From NCBI GenBank assembly GCA_023132875.1, contig JAGLXN010000007.1, forward strand, positions 1,262 through 65,261: a DNA stretch of 64,000 bases, in the 5' to 3' direction. Under the pieces are notes generated by a model. The model did no database searches. It saw only the letters and a program-made list of their open reading frames with translations, and was not told the origin of the DNA. The translations under genes were made by a program, and so were the position numbers. This document shows, piece after piece, positions 1 through 9,167 of this stretch. Every line of letters begins with the position of its first letter. The stretch's first letter is position 1. Source of the stretch: Candidatus Parcubacteria bacterium. Its GTDB lineage: Bacteria > Patescibacteriota > Minisyncoccia > JAHIHE01 > JAGLIN01.

Positions 1-21
1 AGAAACTAAGAAGCTAATATC

Positions 22-155
22 CTTGGATTACGAAATTCTATTTTTAGTTATCTTCGCGTAAATATTAGTTTTATTAGTGTCTCCTATAATAAACACTAAT
101 TAAACTAATATTCACACTAAACAAACGAATCAATAAGAGTTTTGTAATTCAAAAT
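22..155. repeat. nested inverted-repeat element, subfamily A (left window end)
   Basis: About 85% identical to 63811..63950 in direct orientation. Confidence 0.8.
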
Positions 156-216
156 AATATACAATAAAAGTATACCAGATTAGTATACTTTTATCAATAT
201 TCATTAAACTAAAATT

Positions 217-2328
217 TTATTTTTTATCGCTTTCTCCAATAATCTCATCCGCGACATTTTTTGGAACTTCCTGATAATGATCAAATTCCATGCTGTAATT
301 CCCGCGGCCTTGCGTCATTGATCTGATCTGCGTGGCATAGCCAAACATTGAAGAAAGCGGGACCAACGCGTCAACGATTTTTGACTGCCCTCTTTCCCCC
401 ATATTTTCAATTTGTCCGCGTTTTGAACTTAGATCGCCTACGACATCGCCCATAAATTGTTCGGGGGTTATGGCTTCAACCTTCATAATTGGCTCAAGAA
501 TAACGGGTTTTGCGTTTTTAAAAGCTGCTTGAAAAGCGATTGAACCGGCGATCTTGAAAGCTGATTCAGATGAATCAACTTCGTGATAAGAACCATCATA
601 CAAAGTTGCTTTGACGTCTATAACCGGATGGCCGGAAATAACTCCCTTCGTAAGAACTTCTTCAATACCCTTCTGGGTTGGTTTTATATATTCCTGAGGG
701 ACTACTCCTCCTTTAATCTCGTCAACAAACTCAAAACCAGCTCCTCTTTCAAGCGGTTCAATTCTAATCCATACATGCCCATATTGTCCGCGTCCTCCGG
801 ACTGCCTGATATATTTGCCTTCAGCTTGAGCAGTATCTTTTATCGTTTCCCTATAAGCGACTCTCGGCTTTCCGATAGTTGCTTCAACTTTCATTTCACG
901 CAGCATTCTGTCAATTAAAACTTCCAAATGAAGCTCTCCCATTCCTGAAAGAATAGTTTGCCCCGTTTCCTCGTCAGTATGAACTCTGAAAGTCGGATCT
1001 TCATCGGAAAGTTTTTTAAGAGCCATTCCCATTTTTTCCTGATCGGCTTTCGTTTTAGGCTCAACAGCGATTGAAATAACCGGCTCCGGGAAAGTAATTT
1101 TTTCCAATATGATTGGATTTTTTTCATCGCACAAAGTGTTTCCGGTTGTAGTATCTTTTAGGCCGACAGTAGCCGCAATATCTCCCGCAAAAATTTCATT
1201 AACTTCTTCCCTGTGATTAGCATGCATTCTGAGGATTCTTCCGATTCTTTCCTTTTTGCCTGTAGTTGAATTTAGAACATAAGAACCTGCCTTAAGAAAT
1301 CCTGAATATACCCTAAAAAATGTTAATTGTCCGACAAAAGGATCAGTCGCGACCTTGAAAGCTAAGATTGAAAGAGGCTCATTATCATCCGCCTTTCTTT
1401 GATCTTCTTCTTCAGTTTTTATATTAATTCCCGTAATAGGAGGAATGTCAACTGGCGAAGGGAGATATTTTATAATAGCGTCAAGAATAAGCTGGACTCC
1501 TTTATTTTTCAAAGCCGTTCCTGTCATAACCGGAAAAATTTTATTATCAATTGTGGCGTTTCTTATTCCTTCTTCCAGCTCTTCTTCCGTAATTTCCTCG
1601 CTTGCAAGATATTTTTCCATCAGTTTATCATCATGCTCAACAATTTTTTCAACCATTTCAGCTCTCCAGTTTTCAACTTTTTCTTTCATTTCTTCCGGCA
1701 TTTCCTTTTCAACTACGGTTTCTCCGTGAACTCCGTCAAAATAATACGCTTTTCTATTTATCAGATCTATCACTCCTTCAAAATTTTCTTCCGCTCCGAT
1801 TGGAAGCTGGATAGCAACCGCGTTCTTGTTTAATCTTTCAATAATAGAATCAAATCCTTTATAAAAATCGGCTCCCGTTCTGTCCATTTTGTTTATAAAG
1901 CAAATTCTTGGAACATTGTATTTGTCAGCTTGATGCCAAACAGTCTCACTTTGAGATTCAACTCCGGCTACTCCGTCAAAAACAACGACTCCGCCATCAA
2001 GAACCCTTAAACTTCTTTCAACTTCCGCGGTAAAATCAACGTGTCCCGGAGTATCTATAATATTTATTTGATGTTCTTTCCAGAAACAAGTGGTTGCGGC
2101 GGATGTAATCGTTATTCCTCTTTCCTGTTCCTGTTCCATCCAGTCCATAGTAGCTTCTCCATTATGAACCTCGCCGATTTTATGGCTAATTCCGGTGTAA
2201 AACAAAATTCGCTCGGAAACTGTTGTTTTTCCAGCGTCTATGTGCGCAATAATTCCAATATTGCGGAATTTATCAATTGGGTGTTGTCTGGGCATAGGTT
2301 TTTTGTTAGTTATAAAGTTTCCGCCCAA
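217..2328 (-). CDS. fusA: translation elongation factor G
   Basis: 703 aa with the G-domain motifs [17 protein letters not shown] and NKMD; full-length EF-G architecture. Confidence 0.95.
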   Translation of the reverse strand: MGGNFITNKKPMPRQHPIDKFRNIGIIAHIDAGKTTVSERILFYTGISHKIGEVHNGEATMDWMEQEQERGITITSAATTCFWKEHQINIIDTPGHVDFTAEVERSLRVLDGGVVVFDGVAGVESQSETVWHQADKYNVPRICFINKMDRTGADFYKGFDSIIERLNKNAVAIQLPIGAEENFEGVIDLINRKAYYFDGVHGETVVEKEMPEEMKEKVENWRAEMVEKIVEHDDKLMEKYLASEEITEEELEEGIRNATIDNKIFPVMTGTALKNKGVQLILDAIIKYLPSPVDIPPITGINIKTEEEDQRKADDNEPLSILAFKVATDPFVGQLTFFRVYSGFLKAGSYVLNSTTGKKERIGRILRMHANHREEVNEIFAGDIAATVGLKDTTTGNTLCDEKNPIILEKITFPEPVISIAVEPKTKADQEKMGMALKKLSDEDPTFRVHTDEETGQTILSGMGELHLEVLIDRMLREMKVEATIGKPRVAYRETIKDTAQAEGKYIRQSGGRGQYGHVWIRIEPLERGAGFEFVDEIKGGVVPQEYIKPTQKGIEEVLTKGVISGHPVIDVKATLYDGSYHEVDSSESAFKIAGSIAFQAAFKNAKPVILEPIMKVEAITPEQFMGDVVGDLSSKRGQIENMGERGQSKIVDALVPLSSMFGYATQIRSMTQGRGNYSMEFDHYQEVPKNVADEIIGESDKK

Positions 2329-2458
2329 GGCGGATCAGCCATAGGCTGAAAAAGTTAAAAAGTTTAAAGTTTAAAGTTATTTTTTATTCCTACTACAAGC
2401 AACTCTGCTTACAATAGTAACATCCTATCATAAACTGCCTTTCTGTCAATAGAAATCA

Positions 2459-2484
2459 AGAAACGCAGCAATGCTGCGTTTCTA
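2459..2484. repeat. palindromic repeat GAAACGCAGCAATGCTGCGTTTC
   Basis: Perfect 11-bp arms. Lies between the Q-rich protein gene and fusA, and is followed by TTTTT on the plus strand. Confidence 0.9.
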
Positions 2485-2530
2485 CTTTTTGTAATATCAC
2501 AGTCTAAAATTTAGAAAAGATGATCTATCT

Positions 2531-3145
2531 CTATTTCTTTGCCATCCACCTGAACAGCCAGCCGAATAAGCTAATGCCTTGTTTTTCTTGATTTACTTCA
2601 TTTTCCAGCTCTGCTCCGATTTGTTCCATAATTTGAATTTGTTGAGTTAAAACTTCCGCGTCAGCGCTGTTTTCTAATTGCGCACGCAACCCTTTAAGTT
2701 CTTCTAGACGATTTTTGTGGTTTTCTGTACGATCTTCCACTTTTTTAAGCTCTTTGTAATTTGGACCTATAAAAAATTTAACGATCCCGCTTCTTTTCTT
2801 TGTAACTTCTAAGGCATTTTCTATTTCCTCTTGCTCTTGATTTTGATTTTGGGCGATTGTTCTAATCTGCTGTCCGATACTGGAATTTCTATTCGCGACT
2901 GCCAACATTTCTTGAACCATAGTAGCTACGCGACTGCGTCTTTGCTCTCCTTGGCTTTCTTGATTCTGATTTATCTGATTTTGAATCTTCTGGTCTTCTC
3001 CCTGATTTTGTACTGGTTCTTCATTTTTTTCTTTTGCTGGTTCTATATTCTTTTTCTCAGAAACATTTTGCGCTACGCACGGAAGAGCAAAAATTACCAG
3101 CATTAGCAAAGAGATACCGGTAATTCCAATTTTTAGTGTTTTCAT
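2531..3145 (-). CDS. secreted Q/E-rich coiled-coil protein (hypothetical)
   Basis: N-terminal signal peptide (MKTLKIGITGISLLMLVIFALPCVA) followed by a low-complexity Q/N/E-rich region. Confidence 0.5.
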   Translation of the reverse strand: MKTLKIGITGISLLMLVIFALPCVAQNVSEKKNIEPAKEKNEEPVQNQGEDQKIQNQINQNQESQGEQRRSRVATMVQEMLAVANRNSSIGQQIRTIAQNQNQEQEEIENALEVTKKRSGIVKFFIGPNYKELKKVEDRTENHKNRLEELKGLRAQLENSADAEVLTQQIQIMEQIGAELENEVNQEKQGISLFGWLFRWMAKK

Positions 3146-3276
3146 ACGCTTTTAAGTTAATGATTATTATAAATTATACTAAATTGTTAAATTGCTTTAT
3201 TGCTTTATTGTTGTTGTATCTATTATTACCTGTGCATTGTTTATATTATAAGAATGTAGAAGAATATTTTTTTAGT

Positions 3277-3402
3277 TGTCATTTCGAATCCCGATAGGGT
3301 GAGAAATCCGTGAACTATACTATACCAGAAACAAGAAAAGTTCAGATGAGACTTGTTTAGTTTATAGATCTCTCAATCGCTCTGCTCATTTCGAGATGAC
3401 AG
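3277..3402. repeat. MITE-like element (TGTCATTTCGAA / TTCGAGATGACA termini)
   Basis: 126 bp carrying an internal gaatcccgatagg that is the reverse complement of the gggattctatcg core in the other copies. Confidence 0.75.
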
Positions 3403-3628
3403 AATAAAGATATTTTTATTATTTCTTTACTTTATTTTTTGCTTTACAAGACTTGTTTTTCTTATCGGCGGAAATTTTAAAAACACTCGGCGTTCTAAAT
3501 CCGGTTTTTCCTTTTGCGCATTTTCTTGATGAATGTTTTTTCATAGGTTTATTTATAATAATAATTTGACTGCTCTTTTTTATTTAAAAACCTAAGAAGC
3601 TAAAAAGCTACGACCTAAAAAGCTAATC

Positions 3629-4600
3629 CTAATCCGCGAAATTCTGGATAAAGATCATTCCATATTCTCCTCCATCAATTACGCCAATACCTACTCTATG
3701 AAAAAAAGGATGAAGAATATTTTTTTTATGTCCCGAACTGTTCATAAGCCCTTGATGCGCGGAAGCTAGGTCTTTGGAAAGGGCAAGATTTTCGCCTGAA
3801 AAATTAAATTCAACACCGCCTTCTTTCATACGATCAGAAGGACCTTTTTCTTCAAGATTTATATGCGAAAAATATCCTTTGTTAAACATATCTATCCCGT
3901 GTTTTCTTGCTGTCTCTCTAGCTATTTCATCCGCAACAAGAGCTTTACGCCCAAACAAAACTCTTTCTTTGTTAATCAGTTCCAGCATATCATTTTCTAA
4001 TTTTTCATTGATGCTAAGATCAGAAACCGTAAAACCAAGATCTATTCTCTTCTCGTCTCCAGTTTCCACTGTTAAAAAATCCAGCTTATCCATTGTTACG
4101 CTAAGCGCGTCTCCAAATATATTATGCAGGCAATTATTTATTTTTATCGGATCTCCCGCGACAAAATCGCCGAAGGTTGAAGAATTAAATTCATTTTTTA
4201 AAAAGTATGGAAGAGAAAACGCGAAAGTTATGGACATCAGCAGAAAAACAACAACCGCGCTATAAGAAAATGAGGCAAATCCGCTTGCGATTCTTCTCTT
4301 TATTGATTTATTAATTATAAACAGCGAATCTGGAAGCGCTTTGCGAGAAGCCACCAAAAGTATAAATTTAATAATAAACATATTAAGAAAAAATCCCATA
4401 ATATTAGCGTATGCCGTTTCTATCGCAAAATTTTTCGTAAAAAAAGAAGCAGTATAGCTGTAAGTTAAAAAAGCAATAAACAAGGAAAATAAAAAACTTC
4501 CCATATTAACTACAATGGAATAAAAGCCTCTTTTAATCCCATCAGCAAAATGAATAATTAAAAAAAATATTATTATGAGATCTATCCAATTTCCAAGCAT
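3629..4600 (-). CDS. CvpA-like membrane domain fused to CAP/SCP (YkwD-like) domain protein
   Basis: N-terminus resembles colicin V production protein CvpA (MLGNWIDLIIIFFLI..GIKRGF). C-terminus carries the bacterial CAP-domain motif GHKKNIL..HRVGIGV. Confidence 0.55.
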   Translation of the reverse strand: MLGNWIDLIIIFFLIIHFADGIKRGFYSIVVNMGSFLFSLFIAFLTYSYTASFFTKNFAIETAYANIMGFFLNMFIIKFILLVASRKALPDSLFIINKSIKRRIASGFASFSYSAVVVFLLMSITFAFSLPYFLKNEFNSSTFGDFVAGDPIKINNCLHNIFGDALSVTMDKLDFLTVETGDEKRIDLGFTVSDLSINEKLENDMLELINKERVLFGRKALVADEIARETARKHGIDMFNKGYFSHINLEEKGPSDRMKEGGVEFNFSGENLALSKDLASAHQGLMNSSGHKKNILHPFFHRVGIGVIDGGEYGMIFIQNFAD

Positions 4601-4720
4601 GTAATCATTTTAACATTTTAACATATAAACATTTTAACATTAGAACTTCCTCGCTTTAACACGTTAATAAAAGTTTATGGATGTTAGAATGTTAGTATGT
4701 TAGAATGTTAGTACGTATAT

Positions 4721-6334
4721 CTATTTATACTTAAATCTATCAACAACCGCGTAAGCTATATTATCAGAATGATCTCCAATTCTTTCTAAATTTGTCAAAA
4801 TCTCAGTAAAATATTTTCCTTTCTCTAAAGAACATATTCCTTTATTCATTCTCTCTAAATGATTGCTATGAGATTTTTTTACTATTTCATCTACTTTATT
4901 TTCATGCTTTATAATTTCATAAGCAAGCTTTAAATTATCTTCTTCTAAAGATTTTATAACAAGATTTTGCATAATTTTTAATTTACCGAATATCGCAGTG
5001 AGTTCTCGGATCGCTTTCTCGGAAAATTCCATTCTGTCTTCTTTTATATCAACGAACAATTCAGAAACGGTTAAAACATGATCAGAAAGATGCTCTAAAT
5101 CAGTTGTAATGTGCATCAAGCTATAAAGCTTCATTAGATCTTTTTTATTAAGATTTTGCTGTGAAATCTGTGCTAGATATTCTGAGATTTTTCCTGTCAT
5201 TTCGTCCATTTCTTTCTCGTATTCTTCAACTTTTTTAAGCAAATCAGTTTTATTTTCAAAAAATATTAATTTTGATACTTCTAACATTTCATTTACAGTT
5301 TTTGCCATATCCACAACAGCACGATTAGCTTGTCCAAGAGCAACAGAGGGAGTATAAAGTAATTTTCTACTCAAATAGGAAAGCTTGGACTCTTCAGTCT
5401 TAATCTCCGGAGTATGTTTGTTTATAAATTTTGCTATAAAAGGAATAAACGGAAGAAATATTAAAGCGGTTATAATATTATACAGCGTATGCCCATTTGC
5501 TATTTGCCTTCCCATGTCATCTGAGGTAATGCTTGCTAAATAATCAAAGTATTTGAAAAACAATAAGAAAAATATAATTCCGAATATATTAAATAACAAA
5601 TGCATAATAGCAATGCTGGTCAAAAAACCTTTTCGCTTGAGACCCATATAAATAACTTTCAAGCTTGAACCAAGATTTACGCCCAAGATCATAAAAAGAG
5701 CCGTGCTGAGATCCACAATTTGCGTTGCTCCAAGCGCGACAATAATAACGGAAGTCGCGCTGCTGCTTTGCAGTAATAATGTAAGAAAAGCTAAAATAAA
5801 TATATAAGCAATTTTGACAGAACTAAACTGATTGATAAAATCAATAGCTATTTGATTATGGGAAACAGATTGCATTCCGTTAAAAACAAAATACATTCCC
5901 AGGAATAAAAAACTGAATCCGATAATAGCTTCCCCAATATTCTTTTTTATTTTACGGACAGCAAAAATGTGAATGAAGACTCCGACCGTTAAAATCGGCA
6001 AAGCATAAATTCCTATCTGAAAAGAAGCAAGCTGAGTTGTTATTGTGCTTCCAATATTAGCGCCAAGCATAGCGGAAACAGCTCCGCTATAACCCAAAAG
6101 ACCAGCACTCATAAATCCGATAAGCATTGTAATTGTAGTGCTGCTGCTTTGAATTACGGCTGTTATTCCCGTACCAATCGCTAATCCCTTTATTGGATTA
6201 TCATTCGTTTTTCTAAGCGTTTCTTCCAGCTTAAACCCCATGATTTTTTGTAAACTAACACCCAAAAGATGAATCCCATAAAGAAGAATGGCAAGCCCTC
6301 CTACTATTTCAAATATTGTTGTTAGTTCAAGCAT
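4721..6334 (-). CDS. Na+/phosphate cotransporter family protein with C-terminal PhoU-like domain
   Basis: Multi-TM N-terminal half with the GxxxxSSSxT repeats typical of NptA/YjbB. C-terminal helical PhoU-like region. Confidence 0.8.
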   Translation of the reverse strand: MLELTTIFEIVGGLAILLYGIHLLGVSLQKIMGFKLEETLRKTNDNPIKGLAIGTGITAVIQSSSTTITMLIGFMSAGLLGYSGAVSAMLGANIGSTITTQLASFQIGIYALPILTVGVFIHIFAVRKIKKNIGEAIIGFSFLFLGMYFVFNGMQSVSHNQIAIDFINQFSSVKIAYIFILAFLTLLLQSSSATSVIIVALGATQIVDLSTALFMILGVNLGSSLKVIYMGLKRKGFLTSIAIMHLLFNIFGIIFFLLFFKYFDYLASITSDDMGRQIANGHTLYNIITALIFLPFIPFIAKFINKHTPEIKTEESKLSYLSRKLLYTPSVALGQANRAVVDMAKTVNEMLEVSKLIFFENKTDLLKKVEEYEKEMDEMTGKISEYLAQISQQNLNKKDLMKLYSLMHITTDLEHLSDHVLTVSELFVDIKEDRMEFSEKAIRELTAIFGKLKIMQNLVIKSLEEDNLKLAYEIIKHENKVDEIVKKSHSNHLERMNKGICSLEKGKYFTEILTNLERIGDHSDNIAYAVVDRFKYK

Positions 6335-6342
6335 GGAATTAA

Positions 6343-6450
6343 ATTGTTAGATTGTTGAATTGTTGAATTGTTGAATTGTTGAATTGTTGAATTGTTGAAT
6401 TGTTGAATTGTTGAATTGTTGAATTGTTGAATTGTTGAATTGTTGAATTG
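6343..6450. repeat. perfect 8-bp tandem repeat (TTGAATTG)x~13, i.e. (CAATTCAA)n on the minus strand
   Basis: Read directly. It abuts the nptA-like start codon (6334, minus strand) and forms its 5' leader. It creates the spurious ORF 6322..6864. Confidence 0.95.
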
Positions 6451-6899
6451 TGCTATGCATATGTAACAATAGAACAATTTAACAATAGAGCAATATAATT
6501 TTATTTTAATACTTCTGTGTTTTATGTAAAGTGTATAAGTAGTTTTGTCTTCAGTAGTGTTGAACAGATCCTGATATCCATCAAGATAAACTCCGTATAT
6601 TTTCTGCTTGTTTATATGTTTAAATGTTAATATGTTAAAATGATTTATGGGGTTGACAAATTTTCTCAGTGTGATATAGTGTTTCGTGAAGTTGAATTTT
6701 GATATTTGATTAAAATGAGACTTCAAAAATAAAGAATCTATGCAATGCACCATGAGCTGTATGCAACTGCACAAAATGCAGTAGATCAAGGAGTAGTGAG
6801 AAGAAGCATGAAATCGGAAATAGCAGAAGTCGGAAAAGAAAAATATGATACCTTTGTAAGCCACTCAGGCCCCGCATTCCAGCTACACCGAAGATAACT

Positions 6900-7840
6900 G
6901 GTACCCAAGATCCCGGCATTTGATTAGCAACAATTTGAAAAAGTTGTTGCAGAGAGGTGAAAATGATTTGAAAATCGCCCTTTGAAAAGGGTAAGGTCCG
7001 TTTCGGCTTTGTTTGCTAGGAACAAGGGACCTCAAAAAAGACAAGAAAAAATTCCCGCTCTGAAGCGGAAAGACCTGCTCGATCTCGAGGCGTACACATT
7101 CTGGTTATCCAGAACTGCCCGAGAAGTTTGCCGGTCATGAGGAGCGATGGACTGCGCCAAGTTGCATGTAATGAAAGTAAGAATGAATGGCGACTCCATG
7201 TACGCTCCAGAAGAAAGGTATTCCCGCTGTCCCCTCGGAATATGAGGGACGAAGAAAAGATTAGTAAAGAAGAAATTTGTAATAGTGGGACATACTAAGA
7301 TCGGTGGGAGCTTTGTTGGCTACTAGTTCGGGAAGATCGTTTTACCCGAAAATAGCGCCATGACGAGACCGCTGGTCAAAAATTTAAGATAAGATGATTG
7401 GAATTTTGAAACATTTTCTGTATCTCTTTCTCAACTAGAATAGATATTATTTGCTCTCTCGACCTAAAGGATTGGCGGAGAAAAAAGAATAAGTAAACTG
7501 TTCTAAAGTCAAGAGAGATTTTGGCGCCAAGAGGAAATTTACAAAAAATTCGACACCCCCATTTCAATCACATGTGTTGAACAAAAATTAACTGGGCACC
7601 TGCCGCCCGAATACCAACGAGGAGATCTGCATGATTTTTAAAAAAATAAAATTCTAACAAACCGCTCCCTTTCTTTTAGGGAGCTAACGGAGCAGCGAAA
7701 AAGTCTGTAGGTAGCATATCAAGCTTTAAATGACTATGTCAGCCTACTACTTATTCTTCAAACCGGCACCAAGGCCTGTTTTTTTTGTTGTTTAAATTAT
7801 TTAGAGGTGATGGGCACCTTGAGGATGCCCGTCACCAAAA
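6900..7840. ncRNA. GC-rich (~45-50%) ORF-free region, candidate structured RNA gene(s) of unknown class
   Basis: The 940 bp have no ORF longer than 70 codons in any frame. GC is markedly above the ~30% genomic background, and the region has many local stems (e.g. aggtcc...ggacct at ~6995-7040). I could not match tmRNA, RNase P, SRP or rRNA signatures by eye. Confidence 0.35.
7803..7838 (-). terminator. stem-loop immediately downstream of tgt
   Basis: ggtgatgggcacc..ggatgcccgtcacc gives an 11-bp stem with one G:U, 4 bp past the tgt stop. No clean U-tract, so terminator function is uncertain. Confidence 0.3.
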
Positions 7841-7841
7841 A

Positions 7842-8996
7842 CTACACCGACTTTCTAATCCTCTTCATCATCTCTAAATAAAAATAAATATTATGAATGC
7901 TTGCTAATCGCAGAGCGAGAAGTTCGCCGGAAACAAATAAATGCCTTAAATACGCGCGGGAATAATTTTGACAAGTGAAGCATCCACAATTTTTGTCAAT
8001 TGGTTTTTTGTCATTTTTAAATTTCTCATTTGTGATATGAATGATTTCATAGAATCGCGACGATGTCGGAGTTCCCTTCGGGAGATTCCGACAAGGCGAG
8101 AAATTTTCACTTTTAGACTTAAACTTATATATCGTTCCATGCCGCGCGTTTCTTGTTGGAATAACGCAATCAAACATATCAATCCCCCTTGAGACAGCGT
8201 CGACAATTTCTTCTGGTTTTCCTACTCCCATCAGATATCTGGGCTTATCTTCCGGTAAAAACGGAATTGTCCAATCAACAACTTGAAACATTTTTTTACT
8301 TGACTCCCCTACTGAAACTCCTCCAATCGCGTATCCATTAAAGCCGATTTTAACCAACTGTTTTGCCGATTCTTCTCTGAAATTTTTATAAATTCCGCCC
8401 TGAACTATCCCAAATAATAATGACTTATTTTTGCCAAGTGCCTTATTTTTTTTGTCAAAATATATCTTGCATCTCTCCGCCCATCTTGTTGTTAGTTCTA
8501 AGGACTCTTTAATATATTTTTTACTCGCTGGATACGGCGCGCATTCATCAAGAACCATTATAATATCGCTTCCTAAATTCTGCTGAATCTCAATTGATTT
8601 TTCGGGAGTTAGTAAATGAGAAGAGCCGTCAATATGAGATTTGAATTCCGCTCCTTCTTCGGAAATTTTCCTCATTTTTGCCAGTGAAAAAACCTGATAG
8701 CCCCCGCTATCTGTTAGAATTGGACCGCTCCAATTCATAAATCTATGAAGCCCGCCAAGTTTTTTAATTAGCTTATCAGACGGCCTCAAATATAGATGAT
8801 AAGTATTGCCAAGAATAATCCGCGCGCCGATTTTTTTCATCTCAATGCTATCCAATGATTTCACGCTTCCGCAAGTCGCAATCGGCATAAAACACGGGGT
8901 CTTGATGATCCCGTGTTTTGTTTTTATTTCTCCTAGCCGAACGCTGGATCTTTTTGATTTTTTTATTATTTTGAAAGACATATAATCTAAATCCAA
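7842..8996 (-). CDS. tgt: queuine tRNA-ribosyltransferase
   Basis: Full-length Tgt similarity with the C-terminal Zn site CGCFTCQNYSRAYLRHL. Confidence 0.9.
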   Translation of the reverse strand: MDLDYMSFKIIKKSKRSSVRLGEIKTKHGIIKTPCFMPIATCGSVKSLDSIEMKKIGARIILGNTYHLYLRPSDKLIKKLGGLHRFMNWSGPILTDSGGYQVFSLAKMRKISEEGAEFKSHIDGSSHLLTPEKSIEIQQNLGSDIIMVLDECAPYPASKKYIKESLELTTRWAERCKIYFDKKNKALGKNKSLLFGIVQGGIYKNFREESAKQLVKIGFNGYAIGGVSVGESSKKMFQVVDWTIPFLPEDKPRYLMGVGKPEEIVDAVSRGIDMFDCVIPTRNARHGTIYKFKSKSENFSPCRNLPKGTPTSSRFYEIIHITNEKFKNDKKPIDKNCGCFTCQNYSRAYLRHLFVSGELLALRLASIHNIYFYLEMMKRIRKSV

Positions 8997-9167
8997 ATTG
9001 CAAAATTCAAATTATTCCAAATAAAATCCAAAGCTCAAATAATAAATTCATTAAGCCCGTAACTACGCGCGAAGAGTTTAGTTGCGGGATTGCTTCGTCA
9101 TTCCGTTACGCTATCGCTTCACTTCATTCCTCGCAATGACAGTAAAATTTACACAATTAATCGCGCT

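Noticed and set aside
583-2349. Multiple antisense ORFs inside fusA (583-918, 1399-1833, 1445-1729, 1602-1814, 2041-2349)
   Set aside because: These are shadow ORFs within a clearly intact, highly conserved gene. The same applies to antisense ORFs inside atpA, atpD, the P-type ATPase, smc, nrdD, ftsZ/ftsA, topA and others.
6343-6450. Possible CRISPR array
   Set aside because: The 8-bp perfect tandem units have no spacers, and no cas genes are present. It is a microsatellite, not CRISPR. No other repeat-spacer architecture was found in the window.
6322-6864. 180-aa ORF on the minus strand
   Set aside because: Its frame is generated by the (TTGAATTG)n microsatellite (IQQFNNST repeats) and adjacent low-complexity DNA. 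It has no start context or domain, so I treat it as a repeat artefact.
6900-7840. tmRNA, RNase P RNA, SRP RNA or rRNA assignment for the GC-rich island
   Set aside because: I could not find a tmRNA tRNA-like end pair or tag frame, the RNase P P4 consensus (AGGAAAGUCCGG / ACAGAAxxCGGCUUA), the SRP domain IV GGAAGCAGCCAAGG, or 16S/23S landmarks. It is kept only as an unclassified candidate.
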